Positions 17,760-27,725 of a stretch of DNA of 55,865 nt are shown here, piece by piece. A program made the translations under genes and the position numbers. The stretch is taken from positions 1-55,865 of IMG/VR virus record IMGVR_UViG_3300002026_002321. One strand, given 5' to 3'. The notes below the pieces were generated by a model. The model did no database searches. It was not told where the DNA came from and saw nothing but the letters and a program-made list of their open reading frames with translations. Each line of letters begins with the position of its first letter. The first letter of the stretch is position 1. This DNA comes from a virus. Its lineage: Duplodnaviria > Caudoviricetes.

Positions 17760-19637
17760 GTGTTCAACACTGCTGAATCAGCGGCTGCGTTGAGCGTGGA
17801 GTCCGCCTGGCAACGCGGCCTGGCGCCTGACCCGGTGCTGACGGTGGATGACTGGGCCAACCGCCACCGCATGCTGTCCTCGGTGGCATCAGCCGAGTCC
17901 GGGCGCTGGTCAACCAGCCGCACCCCGTATCTGGCACAGATCATGGAGGCCCTGTCGGCCAGCTCACGTGTCGAGCGCGTGGTGTTCATGGCCGGCGGGC
18001 AGGTGGGCAAGACCGAGTGCGGCCTCAACTGGGTCGGCTATGTCATCCACCACGCCCCCGGCCCGATGCTCTTGGTGCAACCCACCGTCGAAGGTGCCAA
18101 GCGCGTCTCCAAACAGCGGGTCGATGCACTGATCGAAGCCAGCCCCGGACTCGCAAGCCGGGTCAAAGACCCCCGAAGCCGCGATTCCGGCAACACCCAG
18201 TTGATGAAGGAATTCCCGGGCGGCGTGCTGATCATGACCGGTGCCAACAGTGCGGTGGGGCTGCGCTCGATGCCGGTGCGTTACCTGTTTCTCGATGAGG
18301 TCGACGGCTACCCGGGTGACGCCGATGGCGAAGGCGATCCGGTGGCCCTGGCCGTGCAGCGCGCGGCCACCTTTGTCAATCGCAAGGTGTATCTGTGCTC
18401 AACACCGACGCTCAAAGGTTTCTCGCGCATCGAGGCAGCCTATCTGGAGAGTGACCAGCGGGTGTTCGAGGTGCCCTGCGACCACTGTGGGGCGCACAGC
18501 CAGATTCAGTGGCGCGACATCCGCTGGCCCAAGGACAAGATGAGCGAGGCGGCCTGGCACTGCCCACACTGCAATGGCAACCACCCCGAGTACCGCAAGC
18601 CGGCCCTGCTGGCCAACGGACGGTGGACGGCGAAGGCGCAAGGCGATGGCAAGACGGTGGGTTTTCATCTGTCGAGCCTGTATTCACCCTGGCTGACCTG
18701 GGGCGAGATTGCCCAGGAGCACCATGCGGCCAAGGACGATCCCGTCAGATTGAAGGTCTGGGTGAACACCAAACTGGCTGAGACCTGGGAAGACCGCGAG
18801 GGCGAGACCTTGGATGCTGAGGGCCTGATGGAACGCCGCGAAGCCTATGGCCCCGCCGTTCCCGCTGAGGTGGCGCTGCTGACCTGCGGTATTGACGTGC
18901 AGGACGACCGCCTGGAGCTCGAAGTCATTGGCTGGGGCCGCGACGAGGAGTCCTGGTCCATCGACTACAAGGTGTTGTGGGGCGACCCGTCAGCACCGGA
19001 CACCTGGGCGCAATTGGATGCGATTCTCTCCAGCCGGTTTGAACACGAAACCCTGGCCACTGGTCTGACCATTGAAGCGGCCTGTCTGGACACCGGCGGT
19101 CACCACACCCTGGCGGCCTATGCGTTTTGCAAGGGGCGCGAGAGAAAGCGCATCTGGGCGATCAAAGGTGCAGGTGGATCAGCAGCGGGCAAACGCCCGA
19201 TCTGGCCCAAGCGACCGAGCAAGGCCAATAAGGGCAAGGTCAATCTGTTCACCGTCGGGGTGGACGCGGCCAAGGAGGCGATTTATGCGCGGCTCAAGAA
19301 GGAGAGTGGTGCTGGCGCGATGCATTTCCCGCTGGACCGGGATGCGCAGTATTTTGAGCAACTGACCGCTGAGCGCATTCGCACCCGGTACGTCAAAGGT
19401 TTCCCGCAGCGTTTCTGGTGGAAGCCCGATGGCCGACGCAATGAAGCGCTGGACTGCCGGGTGTATGGCTATGCGGCGCTGCATGGCCTCTTGTCGATGG
19501 GGCTGAATCTGAACAGGCGGGTGGAGGCGCTGCCGCCTGTGCCCAGCACTCGCCAGAGCAAGAGCACACCTGTCTCGGCACCCATGACCGCCAGCCCGCG
19601 CCGTCGCCGTATGGCCATTTCTTCCAACTACCTCTGA
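17760..19637 (+). CDS. Terminase large subunit (lambda gpA family)
   Basis: RTPY, GQVGKTE Walker A, LFLDEVD Walker B, GIDVQ and RRNEALDC nuclease motifs; GTG start after GGAG. Confidence 0.96.
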   Translation: MFNTAESAAALSVESAWQRGLAPDPVLTVDDWANRHRMLSSVASAESGRWSTSRTPYLAQIMEALSASSRVERVVFMAGGQVGKTECGLNWVGYVIHHAPGPMLLVQPTVEGAKRVSKQRVDALIEASPGLASRVKDPRSRDSGNTQLMKEFPGGVLIMTGANSAVGLRSMPVRYLFLDEVDGYPGDADGEGDPVALAVQRAATFVNRKVYLCSTPTLKGFSRIEAAYLESDQRVFEVPCDHCGAHSQIQWRDIRWPKDKMSEAAWHCPHCNGNHPEYRKPALLANGRWTAKAQGDGKTVGFHLSSLYSPWLTWGEIAQEHHAAKDDPVRLKVWVNTKLAETWEDREGETLDAEGLMERREAYGPAVPAEVALLTCGIDVQDDRLELEVIGWGRDEESWSIDYKVLWGDPSAPDTWAQLDAILSSRFEHETLATGLTIEAACLDTGGHHTLAAYAFCKGRERKRIWAIKGAGGSAAGKRPIWPKRPSKANKGKVNLFTVGVDAAKEAIYARLKKESGAGAMHFPLDRDAQYFEQLTAERIRTRYVKGFPQRFWWKPDGRRNEALDCRVYGYAALHGLLSMGLNLNRRVEALPPVPSTRQSKSTPVSAPMTASPRRRRMAISSNYL

Positions 19638-19672
19638 TACCGCCAGCCTCCCGCTGGCATGGAGTGCTGTCC

Positions 19673-19885
19673 ATGACACTAGAACAACTCACCGCCCAAC
19701 GCGAAGCCCTTCTATCGGCCCGCTTCAACGGCGTGCTCACAGTGAAGGCTGGCGACAAGTGGGTCACCTACAAGTCCGATGCTGAACTGCAGTCGGCCTT
19801 GTCTGACCTGGAACGCGAGATTGCCAAGACGGAAGGCCGCCCGCGTGCCAGGCGCATGCGCACCTATGCTGGAAAGGGGCTGTGA
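19673..19885 (+). CDS. Head-tail joining protein (lambda gpW-like)
   Basis: 70 aa between terminase and portal; GV.TV...DK.VTY.S..EL. Confidence 0.8.
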   Translation: MTLEQLTAQREALLSARFNGVLTVKAGDKWVTYKSDAELQSALSDLEREIAKTEGRPRARRMRTYAGKGL

Positions 19886-21336
19886 TGGGGATGCTCAAGA
19901 ACCTGCGCCAGAAACTTGGCCGTAAGGTCGGTGCCATGGTCGGTGGCTTTGAAGGTGGGCTGTCCGCCCGGCGCCTGAAGACCTTTCATGCCAGCCGCGC
20001 TCATGTCAATACCCTGATCCAGGCGGCTGGTGCCGACATGACCGCCCGGGCCCGGTACCTGATCCGCAACAATGGCTACGCCGCCAATGCGGTCGAGTCC
20101 TGGGCCGGTAATGCGGTGGGTACCGGCATCAAGCCGTCCTCGGGGATTGCTGATGCGCCATTGAAGGACAGTGTGCAGCGCCTGTGGCTGCGCTGGACTG
20201 ATGAGTCGGACGCCGAAGGGCTGACGGATTTCTATGGCCAGCAACGCCGCGCTGCCCGCGAACTCTTTATCGCCGGTGAAGTGTTCTTTCGCATCCGGCC
20301 ACGTCGTTCCGAGGATGGCCTGTCGGTGCCACTGCAGTTGCAGATGCTGCCCGCCGAGATGCTGCCTCTGAACCACAACCAGCAACTCTCGAACGGTCAC
20401 CGCATTCGCCAGGGCATTGAGTTTGACCGTATCGGCCGGCGCGTCGCTTACCACTTCCTGCGCCGCCACCCGGGCGACATCACTGATCCCGGGCTGGTGG
20501 GCGAGACGGTACGGGTGCCGGCCGAATCGGTGCTGCACATCGTCGATCCGGTGGATGCCGGGCAACTGCGGGGTGTCTCAAGATTCTCACCGGCGCTGGT
20601 GAAGCTGTTTTTGCTGGATCAGTATGACGACGCTGAACTGGATCGCAAGAAGGTGGCGGCGATGTTTGTCGGCTTTGTACGCCGCCCGGAGCGTGACTTC
20701 GACAACACAGGCGAGACTGATGAGCGAGGGGAGCCGCTGTTGCCGCTTGAGCCGGGCCAGTTGCAGATTCTGGACGACGGCGAGGACATCACCTTTTCGA
20801 CGCCCGCCGATGTCGGCGGCAATTACGAGAGCTTCCAGTACCGCACGCTGCTGCAGGTGGCTGCTGCGCTGGGCTTGCCCTACGCGAACCTGTCGGCCGA
20901 TATGCTCAAGGCCAACTACTCCAACACCCGCGCGGCACTCCTGGAGTTCCGCCGTCGCATCGAAGCCTTCCAGCATTCGGTGCTGGTGTTTCAGCTATGC
21001 CGGGCGGTGTGGGCCAAATGGATGGACACCGCCGTGCTCTCGGGTGCCCTGGACCTGCCTGACTACGAACAACGCCGTGCTGACTATCTGGACTGCGCCT
21101 GGCTGCCCCCGCGCTGGGACTGGGTTGATCCGCTCAAAGACATTCGGGCTGAGATTGTGGCGATTGAAGCCGGGCTCAAGTCACGTACCCAGGCGATTGC
21201 TGAGCGCGGCTTTGATGCAGCAGCCATCGATGCCGAGATTGCCAGCGATCACCGGCGTGAGGACAGTCTGGGGTTGCTGTTTGGCAGGGAGCCTGTCCCG
21301 GCCCCTGCGCAGGCACCACCGCCTGGGTCGGGTTAG
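19882..21336 (+). CDS. Portal protein, lambda family
   Basis: ARARYLIRNN, GQLRGVS, NYSNTRAAL, WVDPLKD. Confidence 0.95.
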   Translation: MMGMLKNLRQKLGRKVGAMVGGFEGGLSARRLKTFHASRAHVNTLIQAAGADMTARARYLIRNNGYAANAVESWAGNAVGTGIKPSSGIADAPLKDSVQRLWLRWTDESDAEGLTDFYGQQRRAARELFIAGEVFFRIRPRRSEDGLSVPLQLQMLPAEMLPLNHNQQLSNGHRIRQGIEFDRIGRRVAYHFLRRHPGDITDPGLVGETVRVPAESVLHIVDPVDAGQLRGVSRFSPALVKLFLLDQYDDAELDRKKVAAMFVGFVRRPERDFDNTGETDERGEPLLPLEPGQLQILDDGEDITFSTPADVGGNYESFQYRTLLQVAAALGLPYANLSADMLKANYSNTRAALLEFRRRIEAFQHSVLVFQLCRAVWAKWMDTAVLSGALDLPDYEQRRADYLDCAWLPPRWDWVDPLKDIRAEIVAIEAGLKSRTQAIAERGFDAAAIDAEIASDHRREDSLGLLFGREPVPAPAQAPPPGSG

Positions 21337-21347
21337 CGCTTGCGACC

Positions 21348-21641
21348 TCAGGCCACAGCCAACTCAAGCTTGCTGACGCGCGCCAGATCTGTGTGCTGAC
21401 GAGCCACCCAGAGATCGTGGGCATCCTGCATGGCAAGCCAACTCTCAGGGCTGCGTCCAAGCGCCTTTGACAGACGCAGCGCCATGTCCGGCGTCACACG
21501 GCTGCTTGTCTTGAGGATTCTGCTCAGGGTGGAAGCCGCGACATCGAGCCGCTGGGCAAGCTCGCGCCCACTGATGCCGTGGGGCTCCAGATAGACCTCG
21601 GTGATGAATTCGCCAGGGTGAGGGGGGTTATGCATAGCCAT
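21348..21641 (-). CDS. higA: HigA antitoxin (HTH)
   Basis: HNPPHPGE...ALRLSKALG.SPESWL.MQ..HDLW. Confidence 0.92.
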   Translation of the reverse strand: MAMHNPPHPGEFITEVYLEPHGISGRELAQRLDVAASTLSRILKTSSRVTPDMALRLSKALGRSPESWLAMQDAHDLWVARQHTDLARVSKLELAVA

Positions 21642-21919
21642 CAGTGATAGTCCTCGTAGTCCAGAACATAGGCGTTCCCGTCAAGGAACTCGAAAGTCAT
21701 TCGCCAGTTGCCACTCACGGCGACTGACCAGCGCCCATCCAAATCGCCCTTGAGCGGATGCAGGCGAAAGCCCGGGATATCCATATCGTCAATCGTCTGC
21801 GCCGTATCCAAAGCCACCAGTTGCATTCGCAGCCGCTTGGCATGACTGGCCTGGATGCCCGAGGTACTGCCTGTGTCGAAGAGTTTTCGCAGGCCTTTGT
21901 GGCGAAACGATTTGATCAT
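21641..21919 (-). CDS. higB: HigB (RelE-family) toxin
   Basis: MIKSFRHKGL...LHPLKG...WSV.VSGNWR.TF...DYEDYH; TGTTGCGCAACA palindrome upstream. Confidence 0.92.
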   Translation of the reverse strand: MIKSFRHKGLRKLFDTGSTSGIQASHAKRLRMQLVALDTAQTIDDMDIPGFRLHPLKGDLDGRWSVAVSGNWRMTFEFLDGNAYVLDYEDYH

Positions 21920-21976
21920 GGCACATCTTAGCATGTTGCGCAACACGCAACAAATCAGTCTGAATCAGGAATCCCC

Positions 21977-23323
21977 ATGACCGATTTGCCTTACCTGGCG
22001 TCCCGCCTGTACGGAACGCCGCTGCTCATTGCACGCCCCAAGCTCGAAGTCATTCTTGGGGTGATGGCCAAAAAGCTCGCTGGCGATACGCTGGCCACAC
22101 CGCCGCCCGGGCAGGTGGCCAGAGCCGATGCGCATGATGACCTCCAGATGGTGGAGGGCATCGCGGTGATCTCGATCCTTGGCACCCTGGTGCGTCGATC
22201 GTCGTACATCGGTGCGGCCAGTGGCCTGACCAGCTACGCCGACATTGAGGCCATGGCCGAGGCGGCTTTTGCTGATCCACAGGTGCGTGCCGTGCTGCTG
22301 GAGACCGACTCCAGCGGTGGCGAGGCGGGAGGCGTGTTCGACCTGGCCCAGCGATTGCGGCAACTGGCGCAGACCTCGGGCAAACCGCTGTGGGCGATTG
22401 CCGATGAAGCTGCACTGTCTGCCGCCTACGCCATTGCCTGTGCGGCAGAGCGTCTGTGGCTGACCCGCACCGCCGAGGTCGGCTCGATTGGTGTGGTGGC
22501 GGTGCATGTCGATGAGTCGGAGGCCGATGCCAAGGCAGGGCTGACCTACACCTTCTTGCACGCAGGCGCCCATAAGGTCGATGGCCATCCGCATGCACCG
22601 CTGCCAGCCCCGGTGGCAGCAAGCATCCAAACCGATCTCGATGGTCTGCACAGCCAGTTCATCGATCTGGTGGCTGGCTTTCGGCGCTTGACCCCGGAGG
22701 TGGTTGGCGCCACCGAGGCCCGCGTTTATCGCGGTGAGGCGGCCGTCACAGCGGGCCTGGCCGACCAGATCGGCACCACCCGCGAGGCACTGGCCGCTCT
22801 GCAACGCCAGTTGGCCATGTCTGGCGGGCGCAGTTTGCGCGCCCGCGCGGCTGCTGTATCGGCATCACACAGCGCTGCGCATGCCACTTTTTCTTCCACC
22901 CAGGAGACTTCCATGAATGACCACAACCCCGTCCAGCCAGCTGACGACACCCTTGAGGGTTCGAACGCGAAGCCAAACCCAACCCCAGCGCAGCCAGCGC
23001 AAACCCCGCCGCCACTCGATGAAGCGGCCATCACCGCCCAGGTCGAACAGCGTCTGCGCCGCCAGTTGGCCGAATTGACCGAGATCGCTGCCCAGGCTAA
23101 ACGTCTCGGTGTCACCGTCGATCCGGCTCAGGCTTTGGCCCGAGGCGTCACCCCCGATGCGCTGCGCCAGTCGGTACTGAAGCAAGCCGCCGAGCGCGAT
23201 GTGGCGCAAGACATCGTGGCGCAAGCACCGGCACAGTCTTCTCAGTCGTCATCCACCCAACCCCAATGCGTCGCTGACAGTCCCCTGGTCAAAGCGGCCC
23301 AAGCCTATGGAGCCCGTCAATGA
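21977..23323 (+). CDS. S49 head maturation protease with scaffold extension (lambda gpC/Nu3-like)
   Basis: DSSGGE, ALSAAYAIA, VGSIGV; internal AGGAG-ATG at 22913 suggests a nested scaffold start. Confidence 0.92.
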   Translation: MTDLPYLASRLYGTPLLIARPKLEVILGVMAKKLAGDTLATPPPGQVARADAHDDLQMVEGIAVISILGTLVRRSSYIGAASGLTSYADIEAMAEAAFADPQVRAVLLETDSSGGEAGGVFDLAQRLRQLAQTSGKPLWAIADEAALSAAYAIACAAERLWLTRTAEVGSIGVVAVHVDESEADAKAGLTYTFLHAGAHKVDGHPHAPLPAPVAASIQTDLDGLHSQFIDLVAGFRRLTPEVVGATEARVYRGEAAVTAGLADQIGTTREALAALQRQLAMSGGRSLRARAAAVSASHSAAHATFSSTQETSMNDHNPVQPADDTLEGSNAKPNPTPAQPAQTPPPLDEAAITAQVEQRLRRQLAELTEIAAQAKRLGVTVDPAQALARGVTPDALRQSVLKQAAERDVAQDIVAQAPAQSSQSSSTQPQCVADSPLVKAAQAYGARQ

Positions 23324-23712
23324 GCACACCTTTGATTTCCCCTGCCACCCTCGGTGATCTGGTCAAACGCGAGTCAGACCCGGATTACACCCGCGAGAGC
23401 GTGACCCTCAAGGCCGGTGTCGCCTATAGCATCGGCTCGGTGCTCGGTCGCATCACCGCCAGCGGTGTTTACGCCTTGTCACCAGCGGCCTCCACTGCTG
23501 GCCTTGAAGGCGCCGAGATCGCCTGCGCCGTGCTGCTGCACGCTGTGCCTGTCTCGGACACCGACACCCAAGCGGTGGTTTTGGTTCGTGGCCCGGTCAT
23601 CGTGGCTGACCGCGCCCTGGTCTTTGACGCCACTGTCGTTGATGCCGCAGCCCAATCCCTCAAACACCAGCAACTCGCAGCCCACGGCATCGTGGTGCGC
23701 ACGGTGGCTTGA
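23320..23712 (+). CDS. Head decoration protein
   Basis: YTRESVTL..G....GSVLG.IT..G.Y; between protease and capsid. Confidence 0.85.
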   Translation: MSTPLISPATLGDLVKRESDPDYTRESVTLKAGVAYSIGSVLGRITASGVYALSPAASTAGLEGAEIACAVLLHAVPVSDTDTQAVVLVRGPVIVADRALVFDATVVDAAAQSLKHQQLAAHGIVVRTVA

Positions 23713-23752
23713 TCAGTCTGCTGATCTCAATCTTTTTTCCAGGAGTTCTCTC

Positions 23753-24781
23753 ATGACTGTGATCGTCAATCCTTTTGATGCAGGCGGCTTTGGGCTGGCC
23801 GAGATGTCGGCTGCCATCCAGTTGCTGCCCAACCCTTATGGTCGGGTCGGCCAGTTGGGGCTGTTTGCGCCTGAGCCCATCTCGCAGCGCAATGTCACCA
23901 TCGAATCCATCGAGGGTGAGCTGCGCCTGCTGCCCGCCGTGGCAGTGGGGGCGCCCGCGACCGTGGGCACCACCGACAAGCGCGAAGTGCGTTCCTTCTC
24001 GGTGCCCCATATCCCGCACAATGATGTCGTCTTGCCCGAGGAAGTCAGCGGTATCCGGGGTCTGGGTCTGGCCAGTGCGCAAGACCCGCTGGTCACCGTG
24101 ATGACGCGCAAGCTTGCCCGCATGCGTGCCAAACATGCGCAGACGCTGGAGTACATGCGGGTCAATGCCTTGCTGGGCGTGACCAAGGACGGTGCGGGCA
24201 ATGTCCTCTACGACTGGCACACCGCATTTGGCCTGACCAAGAAGTCGGTGGACTTCAAGTTTGCCGAAGACAAGGACCTGGTCATTCGCTGCACGCAAGT
24301 GGCCCGCCAGATCGAGGAGAACCTCAAGGGCGAGATGATGACCAGCATCCACGCCCTGGTCAGCCCCGAGTTCTTTGACAAGCTGGTCACCCACGCCTCG
24401 GTGGAGAAGGCCTACACCTTCGCCCAGGGCACGGCGGGCACCAATCCGCTCAAAGACGATGTGCGCCGGGGTTTTCGCTTTGGCTCGATCCTGTTTGAGG
24501 AGTATTTCGGCACGGTCACGCTTTCTAACGGCGACACCGTGCGGCTGATTCCCGAGAAGGAGGGCATTGCGTTTCCGCTGGGCACCTTCGACACCTTTCG
24601 CACCTACTTCGCCCCGGCCAACCTGATGGAAGCGGTCGGCACCTATGGCCAGGAGCTCTATGCCTACCAGTTGGCACGGCCCAATGGCACCGGTATCGAC
24701 ATCTACACCCAGTCGAATCCGCTGCCGATTGTGAAACGCCCGGCGCTGACGGTGCGGCTGCATTCGAGCAATGGCTGGTGA
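23753..24781 (+). CDS. Major capsid protein (lambda gpE family)
   Basis: AGGAG RBS; TLEYMRVNAL.G, YFAPAN, QSNPLP. Confidence 0.93.
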   Translation: MTVIVNPFDAGGFGLAEMSAAIQLLPNPYGRVGQLGLFAPEPISQRNVTIESIEGELRLLPAVAVGAPATVGTTDKREVRSFSVPHIPHNDVVLPEEVSGIRGLGLASAQDPLVTVMTRKLARMRAKHAQTLEYMRVNALLGVTKDGAGNVLYDWHTAFGLTKKSVDFKFAEDKDLVIRCTQVARQIEENLKGEMMTSIHALVSPEFFDKLVTHASVEKAYTFAQGTAGTNPLKDDVRRGFRFGSILFEEYFGTVTLSNGDTVRLIPEKEGIAFPLGTFDTFRTYFAPANLMEAVGTYGQELYAYQLARPNGTGIDIYTQSNPLPIVKRPALTVRLHSSNGW

Positions 24782-25143
24782 TCGTCATGACGGTCTTCGG
24801 TGATCTGACCAAAGCCATGTCGGCCATTGTGCTCACCACCTTTGGTGAGCCGGTGGTGTTTCACCTCGAAGGGCAGTCAGCGTCTCTGGCAAGCCGGGGT
24901 GTGTTCACCGCCGCGCACCAGGAGGTCGATGCCAGCACCGGGGTGGCCGTGTCCAGTGTGCAGCCGGTGCTGGAGGTGCGGCAGGCCGACTTGCCCGCCA
25001 CCCCGACCGAGGGCGATGCGGTCACGGTGCAAGGTGTGCTCTACCTGATCGTCGAGGTTCGCCCTGATGGCCATGGTTTTCTGAAACTGATGCTGCACAA
25101 AGGGGGCAGTGGCCATGAAACATCCACGCACCCTGATTCGTGA
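24778..25143 (+). CDS. Head-tail joining protein (gpFII-like)
   Basis: FGEPV...P.EGD.V.V.G..Y...EV.PDG.G...L.L. Confidence 0.75.
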   Translation: MIVMTVFGDLTKAMSAIVLTTFGEPVVFHLEGQSASLASRGVFTAAHQEVDASTGVAVSSVQPVLEVRQADLPATPTEGDAVTVQGVLYLIVEVRPDGHGFLKLMLHKGGSGHETSTHPDS

Positions 25144-25669
25144 GGCGGTAGCCGCGTTACTTTCGGCAAATTTGCCGAAGGTTGACCCGCGCATGACTGC
25201 TGCACGCATCAGCATCCACCGCGCAACGCCACTGTTTGCCGCCAAGCTGCCTGCCATCCTGATCTACACCCGCGATGAGCGCATCGAGGATCAGCCCAAC
25301 GCCGATCCTGGCTTGCGCTACCGTAAGCTCGAACTGTGGGTCGAGATCATCGCCAGCGGCGACGCCGCAGCCGAAGAGGCCGATGTGCTGGCCCAGGCGG
25401 TGGAAGCCATCCTCGATCTTGATGAGACCCTGGGTCTGCTGGTCGAAGGCACCCGTCTGACCCGCACCGAGGTCGATCAGGGTGGTGAGGGCGACACACC
25501 GGTGCTGGCGGTGCGCTTGTCGTTTGAGGTCAGCTACTGGACCCAGCCATTGGACACTGATGAGGGCGAACTTCCGCTGCAGGTGCTCTACAGCTGGGTA
25601 CCGCGCATTGGCATCCCCCATGAGCCCGACTACCAGCCCCTGCTCGACCCGAACGGAGTCACGCCATGA
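25115..25669 (+). CDS. Tail completion/terminator-like protein
   Basis: HPRTLIREAV...LPAILIY...E; position after head-tail joining gene. Confidence 0.6.
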   Translation: MKHPRTLIREAVAALLSANLPKVDPRMTAARISIHRATPLFAAKLPAILIYTRDERIEDQPNADPGLRYRKLELWVEIIASGDAAAEEADVLAQAVEAILDLDETLGLLVEGTRLTRTEVDQGGEGDTPVLAVRLSFEVSYWTQPLDTDEGELPLQVLYSWVPRIGIPHEPDYQPLLDPNGVTP

Positions 25670-26148
25670 GTGAGCGCCATCTGCACCAGGACATGACCGA
25701 GGCCGAGCGGCGGCTAAGCAATCTGGTGCTGCTGGGCCAAGTGGCTGAACTCGATGCCCAACGTGCCCGGGTACGTGTACAGGCCGGTCCCATCCTGACC
25801 GCCTGGCTGCCGTTTGCCACCGCACGCGCCGGCCCTGATCGCACCTGGCACGTGCCAGAACCTGGCGAACAGGTGGTGCTGGTCGCTCCGGGCGGCGATC
25901 TCAATCAGGCCGTGGTGGTGGGCTCGCTCTACCGCCAAGCCTATCCAGCCCCAGCCGACAGTGCCGACATCAGTCGCACCGAATGGAAAGACGGCGCTGC
26001 TCTGGCCTATGACCGCCAGCACCACCACTGGCATCTGTCGGTGCCCGGTGGCGGTGGTGGCAAGATCGTGCTGGAGATTGGCCCCAGCAAGATCGAGATG
26101 GGTGATTCGGGCATTCGCATCACCGCGCCCCGCATTGATCTGAACTGA
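25666..26148 (+). CDS. Baseplate spike protein (P2 gpV-like), short
   Basis: G.V...D....RVRV.......WLP....RAG..R.W..P..GEQV. Confidence 0.9.
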   Translation: MSERHLHQDMTEAERRLSNLVLLGQVAELDAQRARVRVQAGPILTAWLPFATARAGPDRTWHVPEPGEQVVLVAPGGDLNQAVVVGSLYRQAYPAPADSADISRTEWKDGAALAYDRQHHHWHLSVPGGGGGKIVLEIGPSKIEMGDSGIRITAPRIDLN

Positions 26149-26169
26149 GCCTGCTGCAGGAGATGTGCC

Positions 26170-26670
26170 ATGGCCACCTGGATCCCTGATCCTGAAGTCA
26201 TTCCGTGGCTGGAGGTGCTGGCCAATGCCACATTTGTCGCTGCACCCATTGTGGCTGTCGATGAAGACGGGACACCGGCCAGCCATTACGATTTTGAGAT
26301 CGTCGGGCCACGACCCAAGATCATCGGTCTGCAGGTCAGCCAGGACGAAGCCGGACTGGTGATCGCGGTGCCGCAGGTCATCACGGGCCTCTACCCACCC
26401 ATCGAGATCGAATACCAGACGCCGCTGCCAGACGGTGGCCGCCAGACGGGCTATTGCCTGGACTTTCCGGAGATCCCGGTCGAGGCCGACGAGATCATTC
26501 GCTTTACGCCGCGCATGGAAGCCCATCTGGACTGGACCTTTCTGATCACCGCGTACTTTGCGCGTGGTTCGGCGAGTGCCGAGTTCATCCTGCGTGTGCG
26601 TGCCGACTGGACACCCGGGCGTGATGCGCTCAAAGGAGCTGTCGATGCCCGCCGTCACCAAGTTCGGTAG
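26170..26670 (+). CDS. Hypothetical beta-rich virion protein
   Basis: AGGAG RBS; between spike and PAAR genes. Confidence 0.7.
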   Translation: MATWIPDPEVIPWLEVLANATFVAAPIVAVDEDGTPASHYDFEIVGPRPKIIGLQVSQDEAGLVIAVPQVITGLYPPIEIEYQTPLPDGGRQTGYCLDFPEIPVEADEIIRFTPRMEAHLDWTFLITAYFARGSASAEFILRVRADWTPGRDALKGAVDARRHQVR

Positions 26671-26932
26671 TTCATGCTCGGGCCACGCCTGCTGGCCACC
26701 CCGAGCCAATATCCAGGGCTCGCCCAATGTTTTCGTGAACGGCATTGCCGCGCACCGGCAAAGCGATGCCTGGGCCACGCACTGCTGCGACGAGTCCTGT
26801 CACGACGCGGTGCTCGCCTCGGGTAGCAGCACGGTCTATTGCAATGACCTGCAGCTGTGCCGCATTGGTGACCCGGTCAGTTGTGGGTCGGTAGCGGCCA
26901 GTGGCAGTCAGAATGTGTTTGCGGGTGGGTAG
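26645..26932 (+). CDS. PAAR-domain spike tip protein (T4 gp5.4-like)
   Basis: MPAV...CSGH...GSPNVFVNG..AHR..D..H...GSSTV...RIGDPVSCGS....GS.NVFAG; AAGGAG RBS. Confidence 0.9.
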   Translation: MPAVTKFGSSCSGHACWPPRANIQGSPNVFVNGIAAHRQSDAWATHCCDESCHDAVLASGSSTVYCNDLQLCRIGDPVSCGSVAASGSQNVFAGG

Positions 26933-26969
26933 GGAGGAGCGTCAGTTTGCCTTGCCCATCGCCGTTTCC

Positions 26970-27383
26970 TCACACAAAAGTGGCGGCCGACACCCCGAAG
27001 CGCTCGCTCAGTGCTCGCACTTGGCGAATGTTGAGCTCGCGCTTGCCGGTCAGGATTTCTGAGACAACGCCCTGGCTGCCGATCTCCGTGAGATCGCTTT
27101 GTTTGAGACCGTGCTGCTCCATCAGGAACTTCAGGGCTTGCACACCGGTGGTCTCGGGCAGCGGGTGGTGGTGCTCCTCGTAGTCCTCGATGAGGTCGCC
27201 CACGATGTCGACCAGCCCCATTGCGGGATGGGCTTCGTCACCCTGGGTTTCATCCAGCAGGGCTTCGAGCATCTCGGTCATTCGCTCGTAATGCGCTTCA
27301 TCCCGGATGGGGGCGATGTCGGTAGCAGATCGGAACTGTTCCCAGACCGGGAGCAGGTAATTCATGTCGATGGGGGCATTCAT
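26970..27383 (-). CDS. higA: HigA antitoxin (E. coli type, C-terminal HTH)
   Basis: IEDYE..H......LKFLMEQHGLKQSDL.EIGSQGVVSEIL.GKRELN. Confidence 0.9.
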   Translation of the reverse strand: MNAPIDMNYLLPVWEQFRSATDIAPIRDEAHYERMTEMLEALLDETQGDEAHPAMGLVDIVGDLIEDYEEHHHPLPETTGVQALKFLMEQHGLKQSDLTEIGSQGVVSEILTGKRELNIRQVRALSERFGVSAATFV

Positions 27384-27667
27384 GTTTTCCAAGCTCCTTT
27401 GTCGTAATCTTGGTGAGTGAGCACCGCCTTGATGTACACAATCTGCTTCTCGAATCGGATGTAAGTGATCAGCCGGTACTTGTTGCCGCCGATGTCGAAC
27501 ACCGCTAAATCGCCGACCTTGTCCACCGCATTGAAGGTCGCTTTGAGCTCGGCCCAGTTGGCAAAGCGGTTCTTCTCAATCACCCGCCGCCAACCCTGCA
27601 AGGGGGCTTCGGCCTGGGGATGGTCGACAGCGAAGGCCCGCAAGGCACTGTTGCTGATGATTTTCAT
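27380..27667 (-). CDS. higB: HigB toxin (E. coli type)
   Basis: MKIIS...L..F...VFDIGGNKYRLI.......VYI..VLTH.DYD; TATCTC/GAGATA palindrome upstream. Confidence 0.92.
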   Translation of the reverse strand: MKIISNSALRAFAVDHPQAEAPLQGWRRVIEKNRFANWAELKATFNAVDKVGDLAVFDIGGNKYRLITYIRFEKQIVYIKAVLTHQDYDKGAWKT

Positions 27668-27725
27668 GGCGCGAGTTTATCTCAAATAGAGATATTTGCA
27701 AGCAAATCAACGATGGGAGCCCGCC

